Source: a virus | Lineage: Duplodnaviria > Heunggongvirae > Uroviricota > Caudoviricetes | Length of the DNA stretch: 64,000 nt | Reading direction: 5' to 3' (one strand) | Virus record (IMG/VR): IMGVR_UViG_3300031998_000001 | Span: 301,064-365,063 of that record | Shown: positions 26,830 through 37,797 of the stretch, in pieces | Position numbering within the stretch: the first letter of the stretch is position 1 | How the letters are laid out: the number at the start of each line of letters is the position of its first letter | The notes under the pieces: model-generated | Told to the model about the DNA's origin: nothing | What the model saw: the letters and a program-made list of their open reading frames with translations, nothing else | Database searches by the model: none | Program-made: the position numbers and the translations under genes

Positions 26830-27213
26830 GTGGTACATATTAAAAGGATAAATGAAATGAACGGAATTGCAAACTTAACGGAAAGGCACAAGGAAATATA
26901 TTGCATATTGTCATCACTCGCGAAGCGAGTCGGGGACTGCCAGTTTTGCGTGTTTCCGATGGACGACCCCGACTTCACGGAAGTTGAAGACGGCACGCTT
27001 TTCATAAGCGTTGGCGGCGGTCATAACGGCGGAAGCGCGGTCGGAGGTTTCAAGGAAAACTGGGAGGAGTATTTCGATACGCTTTCAAAGTTTGTCCGTA
27101 TGGCGAGCGATAGCGGATTGCGGCTATGGATGGTCGATGCAAGCAATGACTGCCTTGACGATATGTTTACCGTTCGGTTCGGTGTTGGTGATAAAAATAG
27201 AAAGGAGCGATAA
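26830..27213 (+). CDS. MxHI-tag family protein
   Basis: Starts VVHIKRINEM (GTG start). Confidence 0.6.
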   Translation: MVHIKRINEMNGIANLTERHKEIYCILSSLAKRVGDCQFCVFPMDDPDFTEVEDGTLFISVGGGHNGGSAVGGFKENWEEYFDTLSKFVRMASDSGLRLWMVDASNDCLDDMFTVRFGVGDKNRKER

Positions 27214-27214
27214 A

Positions 27215-27808
27215 ATGCACGAATGGGGCGACCAGTGGTTCAAGGAGCACGGAGACCACCTTTACAGCGCGATTGACGCTTTGGAAAAACGCATACGCAA
27301 GTGGGCGTTGATGCCAGTATGCGGGAAGGAGAAATACGGAACCTACAGGGACGAATTTCTTTCGTTCTGGGACGGAAGCATCGGTTCGCTTTTCTGCGGT
27401 TACAGGATATGGTGGGGTGCTAACTGGTGGACGAAACTGTGGTTCAAGTTAGACCACTATCTCATCCCGTACAGGAAGTCGCAGTTCGGCTGGCTTCGCG
27501 GAGGCATTGCCGACTTCAACAGGCTCATAGGGCTTGTTCGCCTTGTCAACTGGTGGCAGGCTCGAAGGCTCAACAAGGCGTTCCAAGTGACCTGCAAGGA
27601 GTACCCCGATGTGATTGACGAACTCGTAATGGACACGGACTGCTACAGGTGCATAAAGCCGTGCCGTTGGGGTGATGTTGACGGGGAGGCGATACACCGC
27701 AAGTATTGGATACCCCTGAAGCCGAAGACCGAAACGGTAACTTTCGAGTGCAGTGGCGTTACTTGCACTGCGCAGGTCGAAGTTGAACAAGATGATGAAA
27801 CTAACTAA
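27215..27808 (+). CDS. Hypothetical Trp-rich protein
   Basis: ATG at 27215, immediately after the upstream stop. Confidence 0.65.
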   Translation: MHEWGDQWFKEHGDHLYSAIDALEKRIRKWALMPVCGKEKYGTYRDEFLSFWDGSIGSLFCGYRIWWGANWWTKLWFKLDHYLIPYRKSQFGWLRGGIADFNRLIGLVRLVNWWQARRLNKAFQVTCKEYPDVIDELVMDTDCYRCIKPCRWGDVDGEAIHRKYWIPLKPKTETVTFECSGVTCTAQVEVEQDDETN

Positions 27809-27820
27809 CCAAATAGTTAA

Positions 27821-28432
27821 ATGAGCGAAAAGAAATTTTATGCAGGGGTTGTCGATATATTCGACAAGGACATCAACGGCAACCCAGAGAAAAGTTGCGA
27901 AATGGTTATCAGCGATACTGTTCCTGAAATAACGCACGATTCGTGGTTCTTCCGCTATTATGCGAATTTTCATAAGTACGAAACACTCGATGTGTCGTCA
28001 CAGAATGAACTTATGAACGAAAGAAGAATAGATTGTTTCTGGAATATGCTCCTCAAACGGCTCGAAAAGGAAAGCACCAATGAGATTGTCGGCGATGTAT
28101 ATGAACTGGGTGAGGAGACCTTGGAAAAAATGAAAGCGATACGCGACGATGCGGAACGCGAAATGACAGCCATCAGGAATGAAATTGTGGCGTTGTCCAG
28201 AAAGCACCTTGAAATTGCGTGCAACGCCAACGGTCGGATGCGCGAACTTCTCGAAAAGGACGGTAGGGTTGTAGATGGCAGAGAACTCGTCGAAATGACG
28301 GGCGAGGTCGCGCTATTGGAGCATAGCGCAGTGGCTAATCCGAAAGTCCGTGACCTTTTTGGTCTCAAGGAACTTTGGTGGGGCAAACCGCAAAACGGCA
28401 ATTCCGATGAAAAGCAGGACAAAAACGAGTAG
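27821..28432 (+). CDS. Hypothetical protein
   Basis: ORF in operon. Confidence 0.65.
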   Translation: MSEKKFYAGVVDIFDKDINGNPEKSCEMVISDTVPEITHDSWFFRYYANFHKYETLDVSSQNELMNERRIDCFWNMLLKRLEKESTNEIVGDVYELGEETLEKMKAIRDDAEREMTAIRNEIVALSRKHLEIACNANGRMRELLEKDGRVVDGRELVEMTGEVALLEHSAVANPKVRDLFGLKELWWGKPQNGNSDEKQDKNE

Positions 28433-28434
28433 TT

Positions 28435-28944
28435 ATGCCAGCGACAATACTTGACGGGAACAGATACTTGGAGATGGAAGACGCATTGTTCAATATGTAC
28501 AATGCGATTTCCAGCCTGCGCAGGCTCGTGATACTCTGCGAGCGCGAAGGCGAGATAACATACACGGACGAGGGGCGGGGTCTGTACTCGAACCTGAACG
28601 ACCTGCAACGGGCATACCTGCACTTCGAGGAAGGGGGCATAAGGCACATATTCTCCGAAGCGGAGATAACCGCGACACCGAGAGGCGAAAATCCTATGCT
28701 CGACCAACTCATAGACGAGTATTACGAAAGGCACGGCAAGCGGATTTCCTGCGGTGAAGCCGAAGGTGTGTACGAGGGCATAGGCGAGGACTATATGGAC
28801 TTCTACAGAATATTGCGCACGGACACTGGCGATGAAGTCTGGTGCAGGCTGTGCGAGGAAATGAAAGTGATTGGCAACGAAAACGATAAAGGCGATGGCA
28901 ACAAAAAAGAACAACGGGACGCTGACACAGAAGGAGGCTTCTGA
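28435..28944 (+). CDS. Hypothetical protein
   Basis: ORF in operon. Confidence 0.65.
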   Translation: MPATILDGNRYLEMEDALFNMYNAISSLRRLVILCEREGEITYTDEGRGLYSNLNDLQRAYLHFEEGGIRHIFSEAEITATPRGENPMLDQLIDEYYERHGKRISCGEAEGVYEGIGEDYMDFYRILRTDTGDEVWCRLCEEMKVIGNENDKGDGNKKEQRDADTEGGF

Positions 28945-29383
28945 AAGGGCGTACAGGAACAACAGGAAGTACAAGGGCGAAGGTGATGAACTCGCACGGG
29001 CTATGTTCGTAAGCGGTATCCGCTACGAGCATTCAAGGCGCACGGACAAGGAAGCGTGGAAGGCAAAACTAAACAAAGTAATCGGGTTGCAGAAGGAGGC
29101 GGACAACTTCATAGACAAGTGCCACGATGCTGGCATAGACCTGTTCGAGACGACGCTCTACGAGAACTTCTCGAAGATGACGGACGACTACATTATGGAA
29201 CTCTGCGGGGGCGACAAGGAACTCTTCGACGATGTGCAGTGGTACATATTCGAGTACCTCCCGCACCTTGAGGAGAACGATGCCGAGCCGTGCAAGGAAA
29301 ACGCAATGGCGCACGATGGGGACGACAACCCGATACTTTATGATATGGACTCGCTCGCGGAGTGGATACTCGCGGGAGCATAA
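28895..29383 (+). CDS. Hypothetical protein
   Basis: ORF in operon. Confidence 0.65.
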   Translation: MATKKNNGTLTQKEASERAYRNNRKYKGEGDELARAMFVSGIRYEHSRRTDKEAWKAKLNKVIGLQKEADNFIDKCHDAGIDLFETTLYENFSKMTDDYIMELCGGDKELFDDVQWYIFEYLPHLEENDAEPCKENAMAHDGDDNPILYDMDSLAEWILAGA

Positions 29384-29394
29384 GGCGCAATGAT

Positions 29395-29682
29395 ATGGAA
29401 AAGAAACTGCTCACGGAGGAAATGTTGCTGAAGGGCGGGTTCGTCTTGCAGGAAGGCTTGGACTTCCCGTTCGACTTCACACCGCTCTATGAGCACCCCG
29501 ACACGAAGGTATATGCGATAAACTCGATGTGCGGGAACGACGGCTCGGAGGACGAACCAGTGTGGCTGTGGGGCTTCAACGACAACGGCAAGCCAGAGGG
29601 CGAGGGGACTACGCTTGACGAGTTCAACGGATTTCTTTCGGAGAACGGATGCGAAACATTAAAAACATCAGGGGAGGAATAG
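29395..29682 (+). CDS. Hypothetical protein
   Basis: ORF in operon. Confidence 0.6.
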   Translation: MEKKLLTEEMLLKGGFVLQEGLDFPFDFTPLYEHPDTKVYAINSMCGNDGSEDEPVWLWGFNDNGKPEGEGTTLDEFNGFLSENGCETLKTSGEE

Positions 29683-29899
29683 ATATGCCGATAGTACCGA
29701 GTATGAAAGATATGGGCTTCGACATTCAGCCGACCATAATATATGAGAAAGTCGGAGAGGTATGCGTGGGGAGAAAGAGACGGAAGAAAGCGCACGGCGC
29801 GGAAGCCGATACTCTTGGAAAAGAAAAGCCCGATAGGAATGAATAATAAAAAAAAAGGAACTCAACGCTCCTTTTTTTATTATTCTTATGGATGCTCCG

Positions 29900-30610
29900 T
29901 TATTCTACCTCATAACAAGAATCATTATAGAAATCATTCAATTCGTCTCCTTTTTCTCTTACCATATCAGAAATTTCATTAAAATCATTTTTGAAATCAC
30001 CAATCATCTTATTTTTGTCCGAAGGATTTAGCAAATCGCACCCATTCACCAATTTGGTATAAGTTTCTATTGCTTTTGCCACTTCATCTTTATCTAATTC
30101 AAAATCTATGATATTCCCATCTTTGTCAATAGTTGACCAACCAGTAATACGAAAATTACATCTTACCTCTCTAACCTTGATGATGTTTTCGTCATTATAT
30201 TCTGGATTATGACGAGTAATCTTATTATATGAAAAATATCCATTGTATTTTTTATGACTCTGCAAATCAAACTTATAATAATCAGGAAACGAATATGCGT
30301 TTGGTTTGGTATGACTCCATCCAGTTATACGATTTTCTTGAACAAATTTGTCAAGATAGTTGTTAAAATCAATTATTAGATTCTCATTTTTCGCTATCTT
30401 GTTTGATACGGTCGGTCTTGACATAAACCACCACCACAAGTCCATTTCATATTCAAAGGCGTGGTCGCCCGACGACCATTTATCTAATTCTTCGTGTTCA
30501 GCGGGTTCATAATAGTCATCTTTCCAATCATTATAATGGTCACCATCAAATTCATATCCGTGTGATTCTACGATATGTAAATATTCATCAAATTTCATTA
30601 TATGTGACAT
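29900..30610 (-). CDS. Low-GC MxHI-tag family protein
   Basis: Starts MSHIMKFDEY; markedly AT-rich; late promoter at 30639. Confidence 0.7.
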   Translation of the reverse strand: MSHIMKFDEYLHIVESHGYEFDGDHYNDWKDDYYEPAEHEELDKWSSGDHAFEYEMDLWWWFMSRPTVSNKIAKNENLIIDFNNYLDKFVQENRITGWSHTKPNAYSFPDYYKFDLQSHKKYNGYFSYNKITRHNPEYNDENIIKVREVRCNFRITGWSTIDKDGNIIDFELDKDEVAKAIETYTKLVNGCDLLNPSDKNKMIGDFKNDFNEISDMVREKGDELNDFYNDSCYEVE

Positions 30611-30621
30611 AGTTTCAAAAT

Positions 30622-30695
30622 TTATATTATTCTACTATTATTTATATTTTGTGCTTCCGCTGGGATTTGCTACCTTTGCCGATGAAAAGACGGAA
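30622..30695. repeat. 74-bp dual-promoter repeat, copy 1 (copy 2 at 37389-37462)
   Basis: Near-identical copies containing TATTTATA and TTTG...TACCTTTG. Confidence 0.85.
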
Positions 30696-30765
30696 GCCGA
30701 TACTGCGGACGCACCGAAAGGCAGTTCGGTGGAAATATAAATAAGTTAGTATATAACTTATCGAA

Positions 30766-31119
30766 ATGGTACACATTAGAAGAATTGATGAAATGGCTTC
30801 CCAGACACCAAAGGCAAGCGAAGTATATGATAAGGTCGTAAAAGGATGTAGTCCCTTTGAACTTTATGCAGAAAAAAATACCGATAAAAAACGAGGAAAG
30901 ATAATATTCAGACATAAATTTAGTAACGGTCACGAAACCGTTGAACTGTATTTTAGTAAAGAAACGGACGACATATATAGTTGTGTAATGTATAAGGATA
31001 TTAAAGGTCTTATGATACAACATTTTAGTAATGCAAAAACAATAAAGGACATAGATACCAAAACTTCTGATGAAGTTGCAACCGAAATAATCTACTACAT
31101 TAAAAGAGGATACTGCTAA
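30766..31119 (+). CDS. Low-GC MxHI-tag family protein
   Basis: Starts MVHIRRIDEM; late promoter at 30736. Confidence 0.65.
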   Translation: MVHIRRIDEMASQTPKASEVYDKVVKGCSPFELYAEKNTDKKRGKIIFRHKFSNGHETVELYFSKETDDIYSCVMYKDIKGLMIQHFSNAKTIKDIDTKTSDEVATEIIYYIKRGYC

Positions 31120-31141
31120 CAATTAACAACCAAAGCATATT

Positions 31142-31651
31142 ATGTCATCAAATTCAAACTACGGAATTATCCACAAGACGGACATCGTGAAGTTCCAGAG
31201 GCAGTGCCTTGCACCGTTGAGGGACGAAAAGATAGGCGAGACGCTCGAACGGGCGGCTGAACGCTATATGAAGATAAGGGCGGACATCATACTGCTCGAA
31301 GCCGAGAAGAAGGCAATAGTCTCCCATATACGCTCGTTCGAGGACTGGGAGTATTTCCTTGATGCCTTCTCGGACACCTACCAGCCAGATGTGCCATACG
31401 AGAAGTTCAACTCCGTGTCGGTGTATTCGGTCAGGGACGAGGGAGGCTACGGCAAGGATATGGTGTGCCTCGAATATGACGAGCGCGGTTGCGGGGCAAC
31501 CAAGTCGGCAAAGTGCGTGACCTTCGGGTGCTGTGCCTTTAAAGACCTGCTCGACATAGAAAGCATCATCGCCGAGCGCAAGCGGTACTATGAAACGGAC
31601 GACGGCGGAACGGACTGCTGTCGGACAATCTATTGCGGTGCGGAGGCATAA
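31142..31651 (+). CDS. Hypothetical protein
   Basis: 169-aa ORF. Confidence 0.65.
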   Translation: MSSNSNYGIIHKTDIVKFQRQCLAPLRDEKIGETLERAAERYMKIRADIILLEAEKKAIVSHIRSFEDWEYFLDAFSDTYQPDVPYEKFNSVSVYSVRDEGGYGKDMVCLEYDERGCGATKSAKCVTFGCCAFKDLLDIESIIAERKRYYETDDGGTDCCRTIYCGAEA

Positions 31652-31656
31652 AATAC

Positions 31657-31683
31657 AAAGGCGGTGTAACAACCGCCTTTTTT
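31657..31683. terminator. Bidirectional terminator
   Basis: AAAGGCGGT...ACCGCCTTTTTT between convergent genes. Confidence 0.75.
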
Positions 31684-31703
31684 AATATATAGCCTATTTA
31701 TAA

Positions 31704-34700
31704 CTATCTTCTCTCGAACACTATGCTCATACCGAAGCAGTAGTTCTTTTTCTTCTTTATGTTATAGACAAGTTTGGTGTTAAGCCCGCCCGAAGCATAT
31801 ACGCCCTTCGTAACATCGTCCGTGATGCGAAGCCCGTCCGTGTACTTGCCCGTGTCGTCCACCCCGAAGTACGAGTAGTCCTGAACTGGCGAGTATGCCG
31901 AAGCGTCCTTCACCCAGAGCGAGATGTCCTTTATCCTGTAGAGTTTTAGGAGGTTCTCGTTTATGTAGGCATCTATGTCGTCGTCTATCGTCTCCTTGTC
32001 CCCGTAACTGAAAACTTCGGCAACCCACTTCTCCATCTCTGGGCGCAGGCTCTCGTGCAACGACTTGCGGAGTATCCTCTCCCCGTTGACCGAGAATGTT
32101 ATCGCGTCTTTCTTCTCCGCAGTCGATGCGACCACATCCGTCTTGGTGAGGAAAACCGTCCTCGACCCCCTCACCGAATAGTCGAATACATCGGCTGAAA
32201 TCTCGTCTGGCAGGGAGAATTGCTTGCTCCCCAAGAAACTCTTGTGCTCCGCCATACTCGAAGTGCCGTGTACGAAACGCTCCCTTATCGTGTTTATCGT
32301 CAGCGTGTAGTAGTACGGGTCGAAGTTCGAGCCGAACACATTCACACCATACCTCGTGCCGAACGGAACTATGTTGGCAAGCGGCATAAGTTTCTTCTTC
32401 GCCACGACCGTATTGGCGGACTGGATTGTGGATGTATTCCCGCCGTTCACCCTGTGGAAGTGAAGCACAGGCAGAAGCCCGAAGCCCTCGTATTTCCAAG
32501 CGAACTCGGTATGCGCCCCGCGCGTCCTGCGGAGGAACTCCGCCTGCTTCTCATCGGCAGTGCCGAGCATATACTCTCCCGTGAAGGCATCCTTGAAATA
32601 AAGTATGTCCCTGAAAAGAGGCTCGTAGAAGCCTCCGTTGCGAACCATACGGGAAATGCTGTACCCCCTCGTCACATACTCTATGCTCTGCGACGCGATG
32701 CTCTTCGTCGGGACAAGGTAGTTGTACTTGGCGTTGATTATCCTCGGCAGGAAGTGTATGCAGTAGTTCCAGTTGCGGGACGGCTCGCCAGCACCCTCCT
32801 CGCCAGCATACACGCTCGTCCTGACCACACCGTCGTCCCCTACCTGATGGTATCTTACAGTCCCCTTCTGCTCGGTGTTGACTACGTGGAATATGTTGCT
32901 GAATATGCACCCGTCATACGAGCCGAGTATCTCCGACTTCTCGCGGTTTACGATTATGTACGAGTACCTGCTGTTGGGGGTGACGCTCGACTGTGAGCCT
33001 TCCGTAATATGCCTGCACCTGACCGTAGTGTCGCTTATCTTCCTTATGACCTTGAATATGTTTCCGTCAAGTGTCGGAATCTGGGAGTTGTATGTAACTA
33101 TGGTATTCCTCTCGTAGTCAACTATGTCCTTCATAAATGTACCGTCTGGTGCATACAAGTCGTACACTTCGTCACCTACAAGGGTGACACGCACCAGCCC
33201 GTTGCCCTCCGTACAGTATTTCCTTTCGGACTTGATGGAAGGGTAGTTGTAGAGCACAGTCCTCGTGAGTTGGAGCGCATTCGTGTATTCCACCTCGCTC
33301 CCCCATTCCCTGCGGGGGCGGAGCGTTCCGTCCTCGTCCACAACATTGTCCCTGTATGCAATCACATTCTGGACATACTTGACGACGCAGATGAACTTGA
33401 ACTTGTCATTGCGGACTATCTGCAAAGGAAGGTTGTATCTCCCATAGTCGTCGGTCGGGACGATGACCGCACTGAACCTGTATCCGTTCAAGCCGCCCGT
33501 GCTGGCGGTGCGGATGCTGTTCATATTGTTGTCGATTGCCTGCGACTCGTCCGTCTTTTCGAGTGCCTCTATCCCTATGCCGTGGAAATATGTTACGCTC
33601 GGATAGTCGTCAGTGCCGTGCGAGAATATGCTCCACCTGTCCCTGTACGAAAGGCTGTCCTCGACCGCCGTGACTTCGGCACTGTTGTCAAGAAGCCCGT
33701 ACACTGGCGCGGTGTCGCAGGAGAATATCTGCGTGAAGAAATCACCCCCGTCAACGGAAAGAAGCCTGTCCACCACGCTTCCGTCCCACCTGTTCGGAAG
33801 AATGTCCTTCTCCGTGAAGCCGAGATAAGACCAGCCCTTGTGGTAGTCCTCGCCCTTTGCGAACGGATACCTGTCCATTATGTACATCCATTCCTGCGTA
33901 AACGCCTTCGGGTCGAGGTTGTCGTTATAGACGCTCGGCGAGAAGTTGAACTCCCCGAACGCATTGTTCGGCAAGTGCCTGTACCTCTTCTCGCGGACAT
34001 TGTTGCCCTTGTACTGCTGAACCCACTTCCCGATATACGGGACTACCTTGCTGACAAGGCAACTCTCCGCATTGTAGTTCTCGTAGTACCTGTCATATTC
34101 GTTCGTTATGCTGTCCGAAGTTTCCGATGTTATGTCACCGTAAAGGGACGGGTACTCGAATGTGTCGTCAACATCTATGCCGCTGCCTCCGCCCCCGCTC
34201 GGCTTCGCCTTGAACTTTATCTCGACCTCGTATATGGCATCGTCCTGTTCAACAGGATTTATATTGTTATCGTTTATGTTGTTGTTCGGCGCATTCGTCA
34301 CCGTACACACGACCTCCGAGTTTGTAAACTCCGTATCGACTTCTATTTCGATGGGATGTTCCCCGCGTTCGTCCGAATAATGTATCGTGCCCCGCAACGG
34401 AAGCGTTGTATCGGCGTTCTCGCTGTCGGTGTCGCTGTCCTCGTCATCGCTTTCCTCGTCGCCACCGCCTTCGCCCTCGTCACCACCTTCGCCGTCGCTG
34501 TCCGCGCCACCCTCATCGTCATCGTCCGAATAGACATCGAGTTCAAGGGCAAGTTCGCCCATATCCCCGTATATCGAAACTTCCTCCGATGTATATGTGT
34601 CAAAGTCCTTCAGGGGGAAGAACGACAGCACCCCGAAGGTCGCTATAAATTGCCTATATATTGATACGCTGTCCTGCTCGACTATTATGCCCTGACCGTC

Positions 34701-36689
34701 AACAAGCACAATGTACTTCATACCGTCGGTGAAGTCGGTTATCACCCCGTCCTCGTTGACCGTTATGTCGTCAAGGCACTGGGCTATACCCGTAACCTCG
34801 CAGAAACCTCGCCCTATGTTCGCCCTTATGAAAGTCCCCTCCTTGTGGTCGAATACCGATATGTCGTCCGCGCCGACCGTTATGCTCTCGTTCTGGTTTC
34901 TCGGAGTGAACACGAAGGCATACTCCGTGTCCCCGACAACCGAGTTCACAAGTATCGGCTCGTTGTCGTCCCCGACCATAACCTCGTCGTTCTCGTCCAC
35001 CGCAGGAGTAGCCGAAGCATAGTTGACGACATCCGTTCTCCTGCGTACAAGGGTGTTGAAGGAGAATATGCCGTCGCACCCGTCGTCCGTGTCAAGCCCG
35101 CACACCACAATCTCGTATGGGTTGCAGGCACTGTTCATTGTGCTTATTATCACCCTGTTGCGGTAGCAGTACACATCAAAGCCGTCCAGTCCCATTGACC
35201 GAAATGCGTTCTTGACCATCCTTGCGAGTTTGGACTTGTCCGAGTTCCTCCCGCAGAAGTATATCCCGTCCTGCCAGCCCTCCACATAGTGGTCGTCGTC
35301 TGGAATATCATCCTTGTATGCCGTCATTATGTGTCCCACCGCCACCCCGTCGCAACGCAACTCTATGCGGACAAGCGGCGGTATGTCGCCTATGATGTCG
35401 AAGTATATCTGCTGGAAGTCCCAAGACCTCGCATTCCGTACAGCCTCGATTCTGGTTTCGTCCTCTGTGAAGCCAGCGAACTCCGCGAGGTCAACCTCCT
35501 TATCGACTATGCGTATCTTTCCGTCAACCCCGTTGTTCTCCGTATCGACCTTCCTCAACCCCAGTCGGGACTCCGCGAAGCACACGCAGGAACGGTCGGC
35601 AAGCCACTGTACCGTCCGCCCGTCCTCCGTATAGTTCACGGGAAGGCTCACTTCCCGCCCGTCGGAAATGTACCTGACTGGAACAGGCACGCCGTCCTTG
35701 TCGGACACCACCTTCCTGCCAGAAAGGAGATACTTGTCGGTGTAGAGGTAGTCGAAGTCGAGCGTAAACCTCTCAAGCCCGACCTTGTTGCAGTACAGAC
35801 CGAAGTATCTGGTGAAGCGGAACTCGTCCGCCTTCCTGTCGTTGAACAGGAACTCTATGTTGAGGACATTCGCGCAGGCGAGCCTGTGCCTCTCGAAGCC
35901 GAATGTGGTATAACTGTCGAAGTCGGTTATCGGCTCGTCAATCTCGAAGTAGTGGGGGTGCTGCATTTCCGATATGCGCTTGAACCCGCCGTTCACTATG
36001 TCGATACCGCAGTATGTCGTCTCGTGCGTCCTCTCCACGCTAACCTCAAGGGGTGTCGGGGGAAAGTCCGTCTGTGAAATGTAGTTGTGCAGGTATGTGC
36101 CGAGCGGACTCTTCCTGTCGCGGAGGTCGAAGCAGGCTACGATGTCACACCTGTCGAGTATGTCCCTCTTGAAGTCCATATCCTCCATAATGTCGTTCTC
36201 GGTATGCGTTTCCAGCCACTCCTTCATATTGAGGTACGACGGGTCGTCAATCCTGAACACGACAAAGTAGTCGGGGAACTGCTCCCCAATCCACAACGGC
36301 GCAAGCAAGCCCATCTCCTCGTCATATTCGAGGCTGTCGATATACTCGCACCCGTACCAGTACATAGTTTCGTACTGCTGGGAGTACCTGTCCTTTATGC
36401 CCATATCGGAGTATTCCTGCCCCACGACATAGGGCAACGAGTAGTCCGTGTCGGCATAGAACTTCGCCAAGTCCCTGTTGTATATCGAATCGGGGCTTAC
36501 CCGAAAGTGCTTGTACGACTCGTTTGCGAGCGTCTCGTGAGCGTTGAAACTTTCAAGCCAGATGCCTTCCCCATTGGTCATAATCCGAGCATTGGTGCTC
36601 AACTTCGGATTGGTGCGGAGAAGCCCGAAACTCGGAATGTCGTGCAACGAGTACGGGGAGCGGTCTATATCTACATATTTCTTTGTCAT
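31704..36689 (-). CDS. Large virion structural protein (1661 aa)
   Basis: Long ORF with an acidic Gly/Asp linker; TATTTATA upstream. Confidence 0.7.
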   Translation of the reverse strand: MTKKYVDIDRSPYSLHDIPSFGLLRTNPKLSTNARIMTNGEGIWLESFNAHETLANESYKHFRVSPDSIYNRDLAKFYADTDYSLPYVVGQEYSDMGIKDRYSQQYETMYWYGCEYIDSLEYDEEMGLLAPLWIGEQFPDYFVVFRIDDPSYLNMKEWLETHTENDIMEDMDFKRDILDRCDIVACFDLRDRKSPLGTYLHNYISQTDFPPTPLEVSVERTHETTYCGIDIVNGGFKRISEMQHPHYFEIDEPITDFDSYTTFGFERHRLACANVLNIEFLFNDRKADEFRFTRYFGLYCNKVGLERFTLDFDYLYTDKYLLSGRKVVSDKDGVPVPVRYISDGREVSLPVNYTEDGRTVQWLADRSCVCFAESRLGLRKVDTENNGVDGKIRIVDKEVDLAEFAGFTEDETRIEAVRNARSWDFQQIYFDIIGDIPPLVRIELRCDGVAVGHIMTAYKDDIPDDDHYVEGWQDGIYFCGRNSDKSKLARMVKNAFRSMGLDGFDVYCYRNRVIISTMNSACNPYEIVVCGLDTDDGCDGIFSFNTLVRRRTDVVNYASATPAVDENDEVMVGDDNEPILVNSVVGDTEYAFVFTPRNQNESITVGADDISVFDHKEGTFIRANIGRGFCEVTGIAQCLDDITVNEDGVITDFTDGMKYIVLVDGQGIIVEQDSVSIYRQFIATFGVLSFFPLKDFDTYTSEEVSIYGDMGELALELDVYSDDDDEGGADSDGEGGDEGEGGGDEESDDEDSDTDSENADTTLPLRGTIHYSDERGEHPIEIEVDTEFTNSEVVCTVTNAPNNNINDNNINPVEQDDAIYEVEIKFKAKPSGGGGSGIDVDDTFEYPSLYGDITSETSDSITNEYDRYYENYNAESCLVSKVVPYIGKWVQQYKGNNVREKRYRHLPNNAFGEFNFSPSVYNDNLDPKAFTQEWMYIMDRYPFAKGEDYHKGWSYLGFTEKDILPNRWDGSVVDRLLSVDGGDFFTQIFSCDTAPVYGLLDNSAEVTAVEDSLSYRDRWSIFSHGTDDYPSVTYFHGIGIEALEKTDESQAIDNNMNSIRTASTGGLNGYRFSAVIVPTDDYGRYNLPLQIVRNDKFKFICVVKYVQNVIAYRDNVVDEDGTLRPRREWGSEVEYTNALQLTRTVLYNYPSIKSERKYCTEGNGLVRVTLVGDEVYDLYAPDGTFMKDIVDYERNTIVTYNSQIPTLDGNIFKVIRKISDTTVRCRHITEGSQSSVTPNSRYSYIIVNREKSEILGSYDGCIFSNIFHVVNTEQKGTVRYHQVGDDGVVRTSVYAGEEGAGEPSRNWNYCIHFLPRIINAKYNYLVPTKSIASQSIEYVTRGYSISRMVRNGGFYEPLFRDILYFKDAFTGEYMLGTADEKQAEFLRRTRGAHTEFAWKYEGFGLLPVLHFHRVNGGNTSTIQSANTVVAKKKLMPLANIVPFGTRYGVNVFGSNFDPYYYTLTINTIRERFVHGTSSMAEHKSFLGSKQFSLPDEISADVFDYSVRGSRTVFLTKTDVVASTAEKKDAITFSVNGERILRKSLHESLRPEMEKWVAEVFSYGDKETIDDDIDAYINENLLKLYRIKDISLWVKDASAYSPVQDYSYFGVDDTGKYTDGLRITDDVTKGVYASGGLNTKLVYNIKKKKNYCFGMSIVFERR

Positions 36690-36906
36690 CGTGGAAAAAC
36701 ACTATACATTATTTATATTCGGAACGATAACGCTTGCATACAAAACAAATAAGCCCAGCAACCACTGGGCTAAATATCACAATCTTAACAAGGCATTTGC
36801 AGGAGTATGTTGATGTGTTCTGCTACCGCCTTAACCACCGCCAGCCCGACAGTGCTTGGAGGCATCTGGTCGGGCTGGGGATAGGATGTGCTACGGCATA
36901 GAGATA

Positions 36907-37377
36907 TTATATATTAGTTCCTATTCCGAGTCGCTTGGCTTCTTTGGTAATATCATTACGGATTTCGTGTTTTTCAATATAAAGGTCGAACATAAACGAT
37001 GTGAGATTACATTTACCCTGTTCAAAATCATCCAAATCTTTTGCGGACGGTTCAACAAAGTCAACATATTTGTTAGCAGTAGTAAATTTTCCAGTAACAG
37101 CCAATACTAATCTATTTTCTTGGTATGGGTCATAATACCAATCATTCATATTAAATTCGTGTCCGTGACATTGTTCATCGTTGAATTTTCTCATCAACCC
37201 CTCTAATGTGTCTGATTTTATATGCCCCATATCGAGTTCTATCGTATGCGGATTATACTCCTCTCCTCTGGTATAACTATCTTCGGCGATGATACAATCG
37301 CAACTTCTAATGATATATTCTGTTTTATCGTCAAGTGTCTGACTATTCATCTCGTTCAATTTCTTAATATGTACCAT
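36907..37377 (-). CDS. Low-GC MxHI-tag family protein
   Basis: Starts MVHIKKLNEM; late promoter at 37406. Confidence 0.65.
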   Translation of the reverse strand: MVHIKKLNEMNSQTLDDKTEYIIRSCDCIIAEDSYTRGEEYNPHTIELDMGHIKSDTLEGLMRKFNDEQCHGHEFNMNDWYYDPYQENRLVLAVTGKFTTANKYVDFVEPSAKDLDDFEQGKCNLTSFMFDLYIEKHEIRNDITKEAKRLGIGTNI

Positions 37378-37388
37378 ATTCAATTCAG

Positions 37389-37462
37389 TTATATTATTCT
37401 ACTATTATTTATATTTTGCGTTTCCGCTGGGATTTGCTACCTTTGCCGATGAAAAGATGGAA
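37389..37462. repeat. 74-bp dual-promoter repeat, copy 2
   Basis: Matches 30622-30695. Confidence 0.85.
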
Positions 37463-37507
37463 ATTTCCCCATATATTATATATAGACAACAAATAGCATT
37501 TTAAAGT

Positions 37508-37726
37508 ATGGAAGCGCAGGAAGCAAAACTTTACAGGGACGGCGAGTACATCAAGAGCCTATGCCTCATCGGGAACGAGGACGATTTTGATGAAATCACA
37601 ATCGGAGATGACGGCAAGATGGTCGTCACGACATTCGAGACGGTCAAGAAGGGAAAGGGCGATAATGTCGAGTTCGTGGACGAGATGTTCACATACGAGG
37701 GCATAACGAGGATTTCCTTCAAGTGA
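37508..37726 (+). CDS. Small hypothetical protein
   Basis: 72-aa ORF. Confidence 0.6.
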   Translation: MEAQEAKLYRDGEYIKSLCLIGNEDDFDEITIGDDGKMVVTTFETVKKGKGDNVEFVDEMFTYEGITRISFK

Positions 37727-37746
37727 GGCTCGCGTCTGGGCAAAAC

Positions 37747-37775
37747 AAAAGGGGTATGCGATGCACACCCCTTTT
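37747..37775. terminator. Bidirectional terminator after the capsid gene
   Basis: AAAAGGGGT...ACCCCTTTT. Confidence 0.75.
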
Positions 37776-37797
37776 ATAATTATGCTCTGACCGTCAA

